This document shows, in pieces, positions 36,738 to 51,700 of a DNA stretch of 64,000 nt. Both the position numbers and the translations under genes were made by a program. Every line of letters begins with the position of its first letter. Position 1 is the stretch's first letter. The DNA is from Antedon mediterranea (Eukaryota; Animalia; Echinodermata), in NCBI RefSeq assembly GCF_964355755.1, contig NC_092678.1, forward strand, positions 12,460,352-12,524,351, given 5' to 3'. The notes under the pieces are model-generated. The model had not been told where the DNA came from. It searched no databases and worked only from the letters and a program-made list of their open reading frames with translations.

Positions 36738-39700
36738 TTAATGAACATAAGGATTTTTAGAATTTTGACTGGTAGATGATTCTTCGTTAGGTTCTGCAAA
36801 GACGCTCCGCAACTGACGTAAATTGCGTTGTGTTTCATATCCCTCGTCTTGCTGGAGAAGACTTGTAAGCTGTATTAAAACAAACACAACATTATGTGAG
36901 GTTCAGTTTAAGAAAAAGGACAAACATTTTTATTGCATCGAATTATGAGGAATTCTGAACGCAAAAGGCCTTCATTTACAGCTGGTAAATTATCATAGAA
37001 CCTGATCAAAATTGTATAACAAAAGGGTGTCAGCATCAACTTTGGTGTGTGACCATGTTATGATGAATATAAAGAAAGAACAGGCTTATGAAAGATATCA
37101 TTCAGGGAAGTACTGTATACAAAAAACTGTTAAAATAATTAAGAATGTGTCTTGATGTTAGAATTTGGAAAAGTCACAGAACTGATAGGAAGAGAAGCTA
37201 CAATATCAAAACACGGATTGGTTTTTAATGGATTGCAAAGAAAATAAAAAATACATAAAAAAAATGTTTGGCTGTTCCATTAGAATATTGAAACTTACCT
37301 TATCTGTGTGGTCTTTTAGATAGGTGAAAAGGTGCTCAAGTGTACTGGTTCGGCTAAAAATATCTCTGAAATTCTATTTTTAAAATATAAATTCATTAAA
37401 TTAAACTCACAAAACTTTTATTTTAAATATTCTGGAAATGTTTGAACAACATATAAAAAAAACTATTATTCTTACTTTGCCAGAATTGTGTAGTTCTTGG
37501 ACAAAGCTTGCACGCTGGAACTCCGCTGTCTGAACCTTCTTATAGAAATTGTCAACAAGACTTCTGTAGTGTGGCATTTCTTTTGTATACAGCAAACGGT
37601 TTACTTCAGATTCCTTTGAAATAAAATAAATACATCGAATAAAATCCTAATTTTGAAAATTTGGTTGCTCTTGACATAAAGTAATTAATTAAAAAACAAT
37701 GAACATATAATATAGTTATTAAAATAAAGTAATGAGTATTAATCTATTCATAAAACACATTGCCTTGACATTTGTGGCGATAGTTTGAAGGTAAAATGAA
37801 CAAAACAAATGTATACAATTAAAAACAAACAAAAACTATAATAAAACCATAAAAACATTGCATTGACATTTTGGGAAAGAAAAAAAAAAACAATAATATA
37901 TGAAATAAAAAACGATATTGAAATAAATTAATGAGTATTAATTTATTCATAAAACAAATTGCCTTGACATTTGTGGCAATAGTTTGAAAATTAAAATGAA
38001 CAACAACAAAAACAATGTATAAATTTAATAACCAAAAATAAACCATAAAATAAAACCATAAAACATTGCCTTGACATTTTTGGCAAGAAAAAAAGCCAAT
38101 AATATATGAAATAAAAAACGAAACACAAACCATACAAATAAAACTATAAAATCATTACCTTAATATGTTTGGCAATTGTTTGAAGGTAAAAAAAATGTAT
38201 GATTTATTGTTTGTATCAGTAACCACTGCTGCTATTTACTATGGGTGCTTAAGTACAATATTTCCTAACCATAACTAGCGGCAGATGTATATAGATTTTT
38301 ATCAGATCAATAAAGGATATGTATCGTTGGCTCATTTTCAACACCATGTTGAACGATACTGGTCCCTGGCAGTGAACCTACTAGGCCTACAACACCATGT
38401 TGGACGATACTGGTCCCTAGCAGTGAACCTACTAGGCCTACAACACCATGTTGGACGATACTGGTCCCTGGCAGTGAACCTACTAGGCCTACAACACCAT
38501 GTTGGACGATACTGGTCCCTGGCAGTGAACCTACTTACTTTTGTGAGTTGTATTTTCTTTGGTGAGCAAGATTCTATAAATGTTCTTGATATAATGCTCA
38601 AAGTACCCATTATGGGTCCTGTCTGCTTGATGTCAAATATATATTCAGGGTGTTTAATAACCTGTACCCAGAATTTAGAGGGTACGCTAAGAGGAAAAGA
38701 AAAAAAAAACATTCTATAAAATGTTCTGTGTCAAAATAGAAACAATACCTATATAAAAAACAAAATACAAAACTCACTGAAATGATGGATTGGACAAAAA
38801 AAAATCAATTTGGAACACACCTGTTATTTTTCCAGGTGGTCAACGTGAGGTCATCAACACCTTGTTTCTTTGCTTCTTGATCAAATAGATCAAACAGATA
38901 CTTAACAGATGGAGGAATTGGAGGTTGGGAGCTGGATGCCCAAAATATTGTATTAAACATCTCATCCACATATTCTTTAATAGCTTCCTATATAACAAAA
39001 AATAAAATCTTTCAATTAAAAAGTTATGTGTTGCAGACATCAGGGAATTAGGTTTTGACTGGTCACTTATAAGCTCTTCAAACTGAATAAATAAACAAAT
39101 ATATAAAATAAATGATAACCTACCTTTGTTGCCATTGCTCTGAGAAACTTGATTTCTTTGATGTCTCTTTTGGCATTTCTATGCATATTGAAGAGACTTT
39201 TTCTTTTAGGATCACTTCTGCCGACATTATCTAGTGTCTAAAATAAAATTAAATTTATTGTAATTAACTTATCTTTACATACTAATGTTTTACTAGTTGA
39301 TAAAAATAGTTAAAATAAAGTTTCATATTTCAATGAAGTGTACATGTTCCATGTATTTGAAATGAGATGACCACCATGTCAAGTTTAAAAAGGTCTAATG
39401 CAAAGATATCACCAAAGATAAAACATATATTGATACCAGATGATAATGCTTCATTCCAGATTCTTCTAAAGACTTCATTGAAATCGCACCATTATCTGGT
39501 TCCAATGCTGCATTGTCAAACGCTAGAAATAACAAAAAAACCAGTGCTATCTATATATAAATTTACGTAAGGGCAAAATTCGGTAAATCGCGCGTTATTT
39601 CTAGAATGTTTACTCGATGGTATATAAAGTTGGTTCGTACTTTCGGTACTGATTTTAACCACCTGATGTAACCCTGTTTACTAATTAAATTAAGTTAGAT

Positions 39701-42700
39701 AATTAGTTATTGACGATTAAAACGAATTTAGGTTTAACGATTTGCCCCAAATAGGGGTGTTTTCCGATCGTGGTATACACTGTCTAATGGATGTCCATCT
39801 TGAAAAATACCCGCAGACAATAATATGAGGATGCTTCGCATTTTCCTATCTCCTCCTACGATAATTGTTTTTAATGGCTGAAAACCGGTTGAACAGCTCG
39901 AGTACAGCATCATAATGTTGAAGACAGGCCGATTTTCTTTAAAAATTACTATTTTGATAGATTTAAATATACGTTTATACAAATGTATTGATTTGCGATG
40001 AATGGAACATTCCAAATTATTTGGTTTAATAACCATGGATGCATACCTCCATGGTTTAACACAAGTAGGTAAATTTATGGGCCCTTAGAGAATAAACATA
40101 AATAGTATTGAAATGCTATACAATACTGTAAATAGGTAACCACTTTTGATCGCCATTTGAATCGCAAGTTTCTTATTGTGAGTATTGGTACTGTATATAA
40201 TATAAACAAATATACAAATCAACTTTATTACTGTGTGGGTGGGTAGCCCCTACTTTTAGATTATAAACACATAATAATATAATACTTTATTACTGACAGT
40301 TGCTTCTTAACGTTTGTATTAATTAATAATTACACAAAATATAAACGTCGTAGTGGTGTATCGTTACATGTACTTTACTATTTCAATCGACTATGACAGT
40401 GACAGTTTTAACAAAGTATTAAATCGCAAATGTTTTACTCTATTTAGTGGTATACTATTTATAGGCCTATAAAACATGAAAAAATGTTTCGTTACTGAGT
40501 GGATAATAAAGAAATATAAAGAATAATTTAATATGAAGAATATATTAAAAAATTGTTCCTCTTTGTATCTATCCTCATCCCCAACCTTCAACCCTAATGT
40601 TAGATACAAAACACACAGGGTGCTAATTTTGGTACACTACATAAATCATTGTGTCTATTTATTTGTTTCTGTAAACGACAATGTGTTATAGTCATGCAGT
40701 ACGTACATTTGAAATCGCCAGTTTTTTTACGCTGAAATTAATATGTATTCGAGAACCATCCGTGGGCACGACCTAGATGGTACGCGAGCGAAGCGAGCAT
40801 ACCATCTAGTAATATACAAATAATGAATGTTTATGAGTGTAATGGTACAAATAATGGCATGAGGTGAATGATGAAAGGTTATATATCAATGAGGCAACAG
40901 CCGAGTTGATATATAACCTTTCATCCTTTCATATAAAACATTCATTATTTGTTTTATATAACATCTAAATAGATTCCTGTCATTTGAATAAAATAAAAGG
41001 TAGGCCTAGCATAATCAAGGCCTACATTTAATTCACATTGATTAAAACAGTAACATTTGGTTATTATATTATTATTTATATGGATTTTATAAATGCACCT
41101 ACTGTTAGTGTTAATTATGTAAACAAACGACCAAACATCCTAGGCCTAACAAGGCTAAAACGCTTAGGCATTGCCTAATCTTAACAGGCCTGGGCCTAGT
41201 ATGCTGAAAGACCGCAATACGACAGGCAACTGGAACTCATTTAGGCTAATTATGATTCCACGTCTTTTAGAGATGTTCCCATTACTTCATCAAAATCCTA
41301 AAAACTTACAGACAAATACTGTACTAACCAAACTTAGAAGCTGCACCAGCTGCAGGTGTTGCTGTTGCTGGACTGACAACATTTAAATCAATGTCAGCAT
41401 TTGCAACCGTCTGCTTCTTGACAAGAGCTACAGTGCATCCATTGTCTGCAACCTACAGTGTTGATAACCAACATGATTAATATGCAAAGAAGCATAATAT
41501 AATAAAGGTAGCAAGTCATAATAAAAATAATAATGCTAAATGAGTAAAAGAATAAATAAGGGCACAGTGTGTTGGACATTGGATTACTCGTTGTGAATAA
41601 GGGCACAGTGTGCTGGACATTGGATTACTGATTGTGAATAAGGGCACAGTGTGTTGGACATTGGATTACTGATTGTGAATAAGGGCACAGTGTGTTGGAC
41701 ATTGGATTACTGATTGGGAATAAGGGCACAGTGTGTTGGACATTGGATTACTGATTGTGAATAAGGGCACAGTGTGTTGGACATTGGATTACTGATTGTG
41801 AATAAGGGCACAGTGTGCTGGACATTGGATTACTGATTGTGAATAAGGGCACAGTGTGTTGGACATTGGATTACTGATTGTGAATAAGGGCACAGTGTGT
41901 TGGACATTGGATTACTGATTGGGAATAAGGGCACAGTGTGTTGGACATTGGATTACTGATTGTGAATAAGGGCACAGTGTGTTGGATATTGGATTACTGA
42001 TTGTGAATAAGGGCACAGTGTGTTGGACATTGGATTACTGATTGTGAATAAGGGCACAGTGTGTTGGACATTGGATTACTGATTGTGAATAAGGGCACAG
42101 TGTGTTGGACATTGGATTACTGATTGTGAATAAGGGCACAGTGTGTTGGACATTGGATTACTGATTGTGAATAAGGGCACAGTGTGTTGGACATTGGATT
42201 ATTGATTGTGAATAAGGGCACAGTGTGTTGGACATTGGATTACTGATTGTGAATAAGGGCACAGTGTGTTGGATATTGGATTACTGATTGTGAATAAGGG
42301 CACAGTGTGTTGGACATTGGATTACTGATTGTGAATAAGGGCACAGTGTGTTGGACATTGGATTACTGATTGTGAATAAGGGCACAGTGTGTTGGACATT
42401 GGATTACTGATTGTGAATAAGGGCACAGTGTGTTGGACATTGGATTACTGATTGGGAATAAGGGCTCAGTGTGTTGGACATTGGATTACTGATTGTGAAT
42501 AAGGGCACAGTGTGTTGGATATTGGATTACTGATTGTGAATAAGGGCACAGTGTGTTGGACATTGGATTACTGATTGTGAATAAGGGCACAGTGTGTTGG
42601 ACATTGGATTACTGATTGTGAATAAGGGCAGAGTGTGTTGGACATTGGATTACTGATTGTGAATAAGGGCACAGTGTGTTGGACATTGGATTACTGATTG

Positions 42701-45700
42701 TGAATAAGGGCACAGTGTGTTGGATATTGGATTACTGATTGTGAATAAGGGCACAGTGTGTTGGACATTGGATTACTGATTGTGAATAAGGGCACAGTGT
42801 GTTGGACATTGGATTACTGATTGTGAATAAGGGCACAGTGTGTTGGACATTTGGATTACTGATTGTGAATAAGGGCACAGTGTGTTGGACATTGGATTAC
42901 TGATTGTGAATAAGGGCACAGTGTGTTGGACATTGGATTACTGATTGTGAATAAGGGCACAGTGTGTTGGATATTGGATTAATGATTGTGAATAAGGGCA
43001 CAGTGTGTTGGACATTGGATTACTGATTGTGAATAAGGGCACAGTGTGTTGGACATTGGATTACTGATTGTGAATAAGGGCACAGTGTGTTGGACATTGG
43101 ATTACTGATTGTGAATAAGGGCAGTGTGTTGGACATTGGATTACTGATTGTGAATAAGGGCACAGTGTGTTGGACATTGGATTACTGATTGTGAATAAGG
43201 GCACAGTGTGTTGGACATTGGATTACTGATTGTGAATAAGGGCACAGTGTGTTGGATATTGGATTACTGATTGTGAATAAGGGCACAGTGTGTTGGACAT
43301 TGGATTACTGATTGTGAATAAGGGCACAGTGTGTTGGACATTGGATTACTGATTGTGAATAAGGGCACAGTGTGTTGGACATTGGATTACTGATTGTGAA
43401 TAAGGGCACAGTGTGTTGGACATTGGATTACTGATTGTGAATAAGGGCACAGTGTGTTGGACATTGGATTACTGATTGTGAATAAGGGCACAGTGTGTTG
43501 GACATTGGATTACTGATTGTGATTAAGGGCACAGTGTGTTGGACATTGGATTACTGATTGTGAATAAGGGCACAGTGTGTTGGACATTGGATTACTGATT
43601 GTGAATAAGAGCACAGTGTGTTGGACATTGGATTACTGATTGTGAATAAGGGCACAGTGTGTTGGATATTGGATTACTGATTGTGAATAAGGGCAGATTG
43701 TGAATTTGAATCCAACTCTTGCCGCATTGCTTGTATCCTTTGGGCAAGACACAACTATTTATGTTTGTCTCTCTACATCCAGGTGTATAAAATGGGTGCC
43801 CGGTTAGATCAAGACAGAAAGCTAATTACTAGCCGCATTATGGGAGAATGTTTCAATAAGTGTTTGATAAAAATGAACGGCGTAATAATGTTGAGCGCTT
43901 AGAAGAATATCATTATAATAGCAAATAAGAAGAATACATCATTAATTTTCTAATACATTTTTTGGGGTTGTACCACTTTACTTTAGCTTCATAAACTTAA
44001 ATAGTGATTTGGGATTAATGATTGGATCACTTTCGGTACTGATTTTATTTTATTAATTTTGGCAAACATTAACAGACATCCACAAATAGCTTGAGTGTGC
44101 CAAAGGAATGGCAAAAGAGGCAATCATCTTCTGTTGGCGATCTGCGACACCGATTAGGAACGCAATTCTTAGATTCTATTATTATATACTTCTAGAAATG
44201 TTAATGCAATTCTACAATTTATTCATGTTGCAAAATAGAATTACTTTTTCAAAAGTTCGCTAATTCTAAATTAAAAAAAAAAAGCAGTAAGATTAATTAT
44301 CATTCAGATATGATTGACTGTATGTGTAAATATTCTACTAACAGCTTTAGGTATGAGGTCACCAATGGTATTGAGTTTTATCAGTTGACCATTTCGTTGT
44401 GATGTTGCATCGATGTCAGAAAGAATTAGGTGTCCACCGCGCCCATGGCGCCAGCCTATAAAAAAAGTAGAGCATATCAAAGGGTAGGAAAACATGATAA
44501 CTGAATTTACTGTACCTTTATCTATCCTCACACATAGATGTTCCATAACATTTTTCTTTGTATGGTATCGAAATAAACCAAATATAATAATAATTAATCA
44601 AAACATATCCCAAAGGCCTCTATAATTCTTAAAAACAAAGTACTGTAGGAAAAGTTGGTAATATCTGGATGTATTTCAAGAGCTGAAGATGATCTTTGAC
44701 TGACTAAACAATAGACTGTTAAAAATAGCAGGTTTGCATGTTCATAGTAGGAAACTGCTAGGAGGCAATAGAGAGTGAACATTAAATTAAGATAAAAGAG
44801 ATCTTTCTGTAGTTTAGCCATAATAATGTGTTGTTTTGTAAACTATAGTAATCAATAATATAATAATGTCTACAGTCTACATCCAATAAATCCCAAAACA
44901 TAATCCACATGTATTTTAAGAGGCACTATATGTCAACAAATAATTATTAGTCCTCTCTCCATGACGGTTGTCACATAATGTTTGTATTATTTTTTATTGT
45001 ATTTATATGTTTCATATGGACAGTTTGTCTGAAATAAAGTTGAATTGAATTGAATTGAATTAACACCTTTCAGTACATCTATGAATGAATAAGTAGTTGA
45101 GAGCAGAAATGCTAGTAAACTACACACACTACTATTTTGATTTGACAAGAAATTATCTCTCTCTCTTTTGAAAATTTCTTTAACACATTATTCAGGTATT
45201 CTGTAGGTATGCTGTTAGTATAGTATTTTGGTGTGTAGAAGTTTATTAATAATTGTCTTTGTTACATGTTTAGAAGAGAATTTTTATCTGATCGTAGTTG
45301 TACTATACTGTTTGGTAAGCCGTGTGTTGTTATTCAAATGAGTTTTTATTTTGGAATTTTTTTGTTAATTTTGTATATTAGAAGTTGCCTAGTATTGTTC
45401 ACTTTTTCCTGCCATACAACTTTATGCTGTACTGTTGCTTACATCGGTAGGGAGATATCTGGTTCATGCCAGATATTTTATTGTAATATGTTATGCATTA
45501 ATATTAATCGCTCTTGACCTTGGAACTTTAAATATTGTGTGGTCGCCACTGGAGGCTGGATGGAAATTTTTTAGAGATTTTTCCCCGATTCGGTTATCAG
45601 GGGTTTTATTCTTTGCCTATCGCAAGGTTAAGAGTGTTTTAGTAGAACATTACAGGTTAGCATCTGTTTGCCTTCAGTTCATTTTATTGAAAACAGAACA

Positions 45701-48700
45701 GAAAAGTAAAAAACACACGACTATTTAATTTTCGTCATTTTATCTAGAAACGAATATTGCATTTATTTTGTTTGTTTGTTATTTATACGGGGTTATGGAA
45801 GTTGGCGTGTGTGACCGCACTTTCCCAGAATAAACATGTTTTAAACAGATATTTTGTCTCCATTGGTTCATGTATGGGGTTAACAGGGGCTGAGATGAGA
45901 TCCAAATTTAACTGTGCTGTATTAGGGCATTAGGTTAGATCGATCCCACTCCCACACCTCAAAAGACAAGGCCTGCTATTGGTTAATAAAGGACTTAAAG
46001 CAACTTACTGAGATCTAAATGTTGAACTTTTGGGCGATCTGTGTATGGATCATTTTTGTACAATGTATCCAGTATCTTCTCCTTTACTTGACTGATGCTG
46101 TCACAGCTAAGAACTTTCACTTTTTGAAATTCACCACTGTCAGAATTTTGTATTGCATTCAGTGTCTGTAAAATAAAAAAAAAATATATTTTTAGAATAT
46201 TAAGTTGTAATTAAAGTAATTAATATAGTACACACACAAGACAAAGTAAATACAGAGATTAACTCTCACTGTTTACTGTTGTTTTAATAGAAATCCATTG
46301 TGGCCATGAAATTTCATCTAATAATGAAAATGGAATGCATGTATACAGGGAAATAGTTAATAGAATACATACAATGACTTGAGGACGTTCGTCTGACTGA
46401 AGGCAATCATCAAGGTTCAATGAGTATGTAGCACGTCCAGTAATGGCATCTACTGGACCCATCTCAATCCTTAACTTCAGTGCATGGTACAGAACATACA
46501 GTGGGTGCCCGGCATAGTCCTGCAAAACACATGAATGTTTAAATGAGCAAATGGCCAAAAAGTTAAGACATTGGAACTGTAATCCATAGCCTTATGCCAA
46601 GGGTTTGAGGCTCACTTGCTCCATGGTTCTGGTGGTAGAACGAGTCTTCTTGGATAGTTAATTGTTTTTAACTGTGTGCTAGTTTATTTGTTATTCTTTT
46701 ATTTTATTTCATACACATCCAACAGCGAGCACAAAGTCGCCAATTACAGGATGGATGAAATATTTTATCGTGCTTATAAACTAAGTCTCATTTGAGGGTT
46801 AGAGAGTGGAGTTAAAAGAGTCTTGAGTTACAACCCTGCCACGGGGTCAGGATTGAACCCTGGACCTTCGGATTGGAAGGCAAGCATGTTTTAACCACCA
46901 AGCTACAGCTCCACTACAATGCGATAAGCTATGCTTTTCTGTTCAATGTGCAGTATGAAGACATACTACACTCAGGGAGTGGAAAGAAAAAATTAAAATA
47001 TAATAGTTTTCACGATAGAACCACACTCCTACACACAGACTAAGAATTGAACTTATTGGCATACAATTGCATCACAACGCATACGCATTAATAGATGAAA
47101 GTCGAACCAATAAATATGATAAAAATGTGCAATATTTCTGGGTTAATTTCAATGTTTAGTTAATATAAAACTAATAAACATTATAAGTAAATCTTCCAAA
47201 TGATTATTTTTATTATATGAATGTAAGAAAAGCAATATAAACATACCTTAAGGCAATTATACATCGATAAAGCTATCCAATTGGACAACAGCTTTGCAGT
47301 CACAGAGTCTGTTCTATAAATGTTAAACAATAATTCAGTTTGAATATGTTGTAAACATATTTTCACATTTACTGTAACTAACAATAAATAAATTGACTTT
47401 CATTGCACCAACATTAACAATGTACAGTAACATGGTAGTAAAATATTTTCTATTTGGTAGAAAGAATGTGCCCTCTAATTTGCATAGAACACAAGATAAT
47501 ATACACAAGATGACCTGAAGTAGTTATGACAGTGAACAACTTTAACAATTTGGTTTGATACTCAATGAAGAAACTAATGCCATGTCTGATCACCTCAGCA
47601 ACTCCATTTTGCAAAGACAATGATTTTAACATAGAATACATCTGACTCAAAATAATGAGACAGAAGCTATGATTGAGCCACCGTTTTGATCTTTATTGGA
47701 TCAATAAAGATTGAAACGTTGAAAACTGACTTCCCTCTCATTATTATATTTGGATTTAGTTTATTCCATGCTATCTAATATTGGATTAGGTTTGTAGATC
47801 ATCTTGTGTTTTTGTTGTCTTGCTTTAGTATAATATCGGATATTATTATATGCTGTTGACAAAGAATAAATAAAAACAAACTGACCTGGCTAGGACCTGC
47901 TTGGCTTTATGCGATGACACACAATAATCAATGTTGTCTATTAACAACTCCTCAAGTACCCTATAACACAACACAAATTATTGTCAGTTTCATTTATTTA
48001 CACAATTAATTGTAACCAATAAATGTCTACATTTGCTGGATTGTTGTGGTGAAACAAGACTTAAAGACACTTAAGGTTGGCTTTCTTCCAGACTATGTAT
48101 TTTATTGTTTTACTGATAATCTGTATTAATGTTTGATGAAGTGTGAAATAAAAACGAAAAAAAAAAAAAAAAAAAAAAACACGGTTTGTTCAATTTGATT
48201 AAGACAAAATGGAAGTAAAATTATTTCCATCAAATGTATTATAATATAAAAAAAAGTAATTTACTCAGTAAAATAATCCATTTTATCTTCGATGAGAAAT
48301 TCCACCACAAGTAACGATGCAATGTTACACCTAAAACATGACAAAATAATACACTTTAAATCATTGTTGAATTACAACTTTTTTTGGAAAAAACTATTAA
48401 AAAACTATTGTAAGGACAAAATAATATAAGAACAAATTAATATTTTTCTTATATATAAATGTTAGATGTAAAATTATGGGAAAAGTGGCAATTTACAATA
48501 AAAAATAATCAACATTAGCATATCTTGCAATCAATTTGGACTACAAGTAGATCACAACTTTATAAGAAAAAAAATGTTTTTTAGAGGAGTTAACATGCAA
48601 ATATTGAATCCAACAAAAACATGCTAGGTTATAGAATGTAAGGCTTCATACAATCAAATAGGTTAAGGAGTCTAGCAATAAATAGTGGTGTTATTCACCC

Positions 48701-51700
48701 TATCCTGTATTGTAATAATTATGGGTCAAAAAACAATACATCTTACACATTTTAAATTGCTTTCATTTTGCTTAGTCAGTAAAAATAAGTTTGATGTCAG
48801 ATGTCAAAATAAAATGCATACGTTGTAACTATCATCATTAGGCTTAAAACAACAATGTCATAATTAATATGTGATTGTGATTTTTAAAAATTCCATTAAA
48901 TGGCCTTATTATTAAAATTTAATAAATGTTTTTGAATAAACAAACAAATTTATGTGAACATCACTAAATTGTTGTTATATGTTATGTACTGTATATTGAT
49001 TGAAATTAAAGTTTATTGTAAATTGTTATGTTGTATCTTGAAATAAAAGAATGTTCAACATATGACATTGGTCAACAAGAAAAAAAATATGTTGCCTAAC
49101 AATGCATTAAATTTAATTAAATGAATTTGAGCTAATTTTGCAATTTAAATTTGGTTAAAAAACTGTAGACTGTAAATTGTAGACCTCACAGGCTTTTTCA
49201 TCATTTTGTGTTAATGATATTCAGGTTTTGAATTTATAAAGCGCAAATAACAACAAAAATCTTTAAGCGCTGTGAACAACATTCAAGTGAAAGTTAATCA
49301 AGAAAAAGGCTGAAAGCGGAATTCCATGAAAACATGTTACCTAATTATTATGCACTAAAATGTGTCCCTTCACTATAGAGTACAGTACTTATTAACAAGG
49401 CCAACAGCCATTAAGTCGCGTGCTACAATGCATAGTGATACCGACAGACAGACAGACCGACAGACAGACGGACCGACCGACATAGTGAACTATACTGACC
49501 GAAATTACTGAACATGTTTAAAAATGTTGAAATGTTTAAAAACATTTATATTTTTTTAATTTACACGTGCGTAGCCTGTCACTTTTGACGTGCTCGTATA
49601 ACGTAATTTCGAGTTGAAAAGTAAGTCAAGAAAACAGAAATCGGGCAAAATGAGTGCGTAATAACATTTAACGCGCAGTGCGCGCGCAAAAATCTGCGCA
49701 CTCATGGCAATTTTGTAAACGCTTAAAATTGCCTGAAACGTACTCTTATTTCATCGAAAATAAATTTTGAAAATTTTAAGCGCGCGTACGCATGCGTTAC
49801 ATGCGCTACGCACGTAATTGTATTGCCATATGATGATTTATGCCCTGAAATTTATGAGTACCAAATTTTATTTAATTGTGATTCATGGTTGTTAAGATAT
49901 GATTACAAACGTGATTTCGTTAAATCGTGCGTAGACCGCGTAATTTTTTATTGCGCACCGTGAAAACATAACCACATCGATTCCTGGCAATAAGGAATAT
50001 TCTGTGAAAAATTGACTTAGCTAGATTAAACTGATATCAAGATAAGGTCATAAAGCGATAAAACGCATAGTGATACCGGACCGACAGACAGACAGACAGA
50101 CCGACAGACAGACCGACCGACCGACATAGTGAACTATAGAGTCGCTTCCACGCGACTAAAAACTAAAAAAGTTAACACAACTTGGTTAAACTGTAAAGGT
50201 TATCTTTAAAGTTGGTTTAAAAAAACAAATCATATTCAGTTTAAATGAAAAACAAAAACCACAATATTAAAGTAAAAATAATTTGATTTAAAATGTTACA
50301 CCACAAATATTTTCCCCATTTGTTATTCAAACATGCAGCAAGTTTTCAATAAATGGAATGAACAACAATATGTAAGGGAGGTAAACATAAAATGTGGTAC
50401 AAACAATGTAACCATATCAACAACAAAAAGAATAAAACAATTTGAATGCAAACAAATTAACTGAAATAAAAAAAAAATGTTGAGTGCAAAAGGTAAAAAA
50501 CCCCAAACTTTACCACAATGAACAGAAAACTGTAAAAGCTGTGGAGAAATGGTATGATATTAACTTGAGGCAAATTAAAAAAAAACATGTTGTGATACAC
50601 ACTACAGTGAAACACCTTCTTTGAGACCTCACTATTAAGGGAATACACACCTCTATTAAAACACTACTGTCATTTGAAATGAACAAGGGCAATATTGTTT
50701 CAACATTATGGCCAATTACCTTGTTTAGTGGACACTTTCTTGTGAAACAGACAAAGGGTAATGTGTTTTAACACTACGCTAACCACTATTCAGGAGACAT
50801 CTTAATTAAGGCAAAGTTTTTTTTTGAGTTGATGTATACTTTAAAATGCCAAAAAATTATACAACTCTTATAATTTCGGTTTGTAAATTCAATTTGAGAC
50901 AATATTTTCTAGTACTGGCTAGATTGTGTGGAATTTGAAACAGTATATAAAACATACGTAAAGATGGCTCACTAATAATAATAATTGAAATGTGCAGTAT
51001 TAAGGGTAAAAAACTTACTTCTCTTTAACAGTAACTTTTGAATTGCTGTCCAACATTTTGATGAAAGTTAACAAGAAACTCTTGTTAAGAAGAAGCTCTG
51101 AAAGTTGTTGTAAACGTTTTGTAATGTTCTCACTATCCTAAGTAAAGTAAATGATTAGAAAATAAATAATTAATACACAAATATTTATTTCATATAATTA
51201 ATTTTATTGATCAGAGTGTTTAAACGCAAGAAATTGGAATGTTGATCGTTGTCTAAGAACACCGGGACTTTTAAGGCCAAAGATTACCGTACACCTTGCG
51301 TTAGATAATTAACCTAACGCTGTGAGTCTGAACACACCCTTAGATTCTAGGACAACAAACAGAAATGTTTGCTGCTTAACTGTTACTTTGACCACTATCA
51401 CTCATCCATATTTATTGCATATGACCATGGAGTACAACTCGGGTTGTAATACAACTGAATAGGAAATAGTTGAATGTTAAGTATTTTCGTTCATAGTTGT
51501 TTTAACTCTTTCTAATTATCACTTCATAATATCAGGCGTGGGAGTGCCTCCCCAATACACTCCAAAAAATGACCTGAAGTCGTGCCATTTACCGCACGTT
51601 TGGTAAACTTTTACACATGAAAAACAGCAAACCTAGATCACACTATGTGCTGAGGAGTACAATGTGTAGCACACTAGCAATTTTAAAGAGACAAAGCCTG

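Noticed and set aside
38285-38719. 144-aa plus-strand ORF with [17 protein letters not shown] repeats
   Set aside because: Antisense to a plexin exon plus the 51-bp intronic repeat.
41557-43696. Possible CRISPR array (regular ~40-bp period)
   Set aside because: Units are contiguous and near-identical with no unique spacers, there are no cas genes, and the context is a eukaryotic intron.
43975-44176. Possible extra plexin exon ([15 protein letters not shown]...)
   Set aside because: No plexin similarity, and exons 44455-44343 and 41452-41329 already join in phase to give the expected LNT...[11 protein letters not shown].
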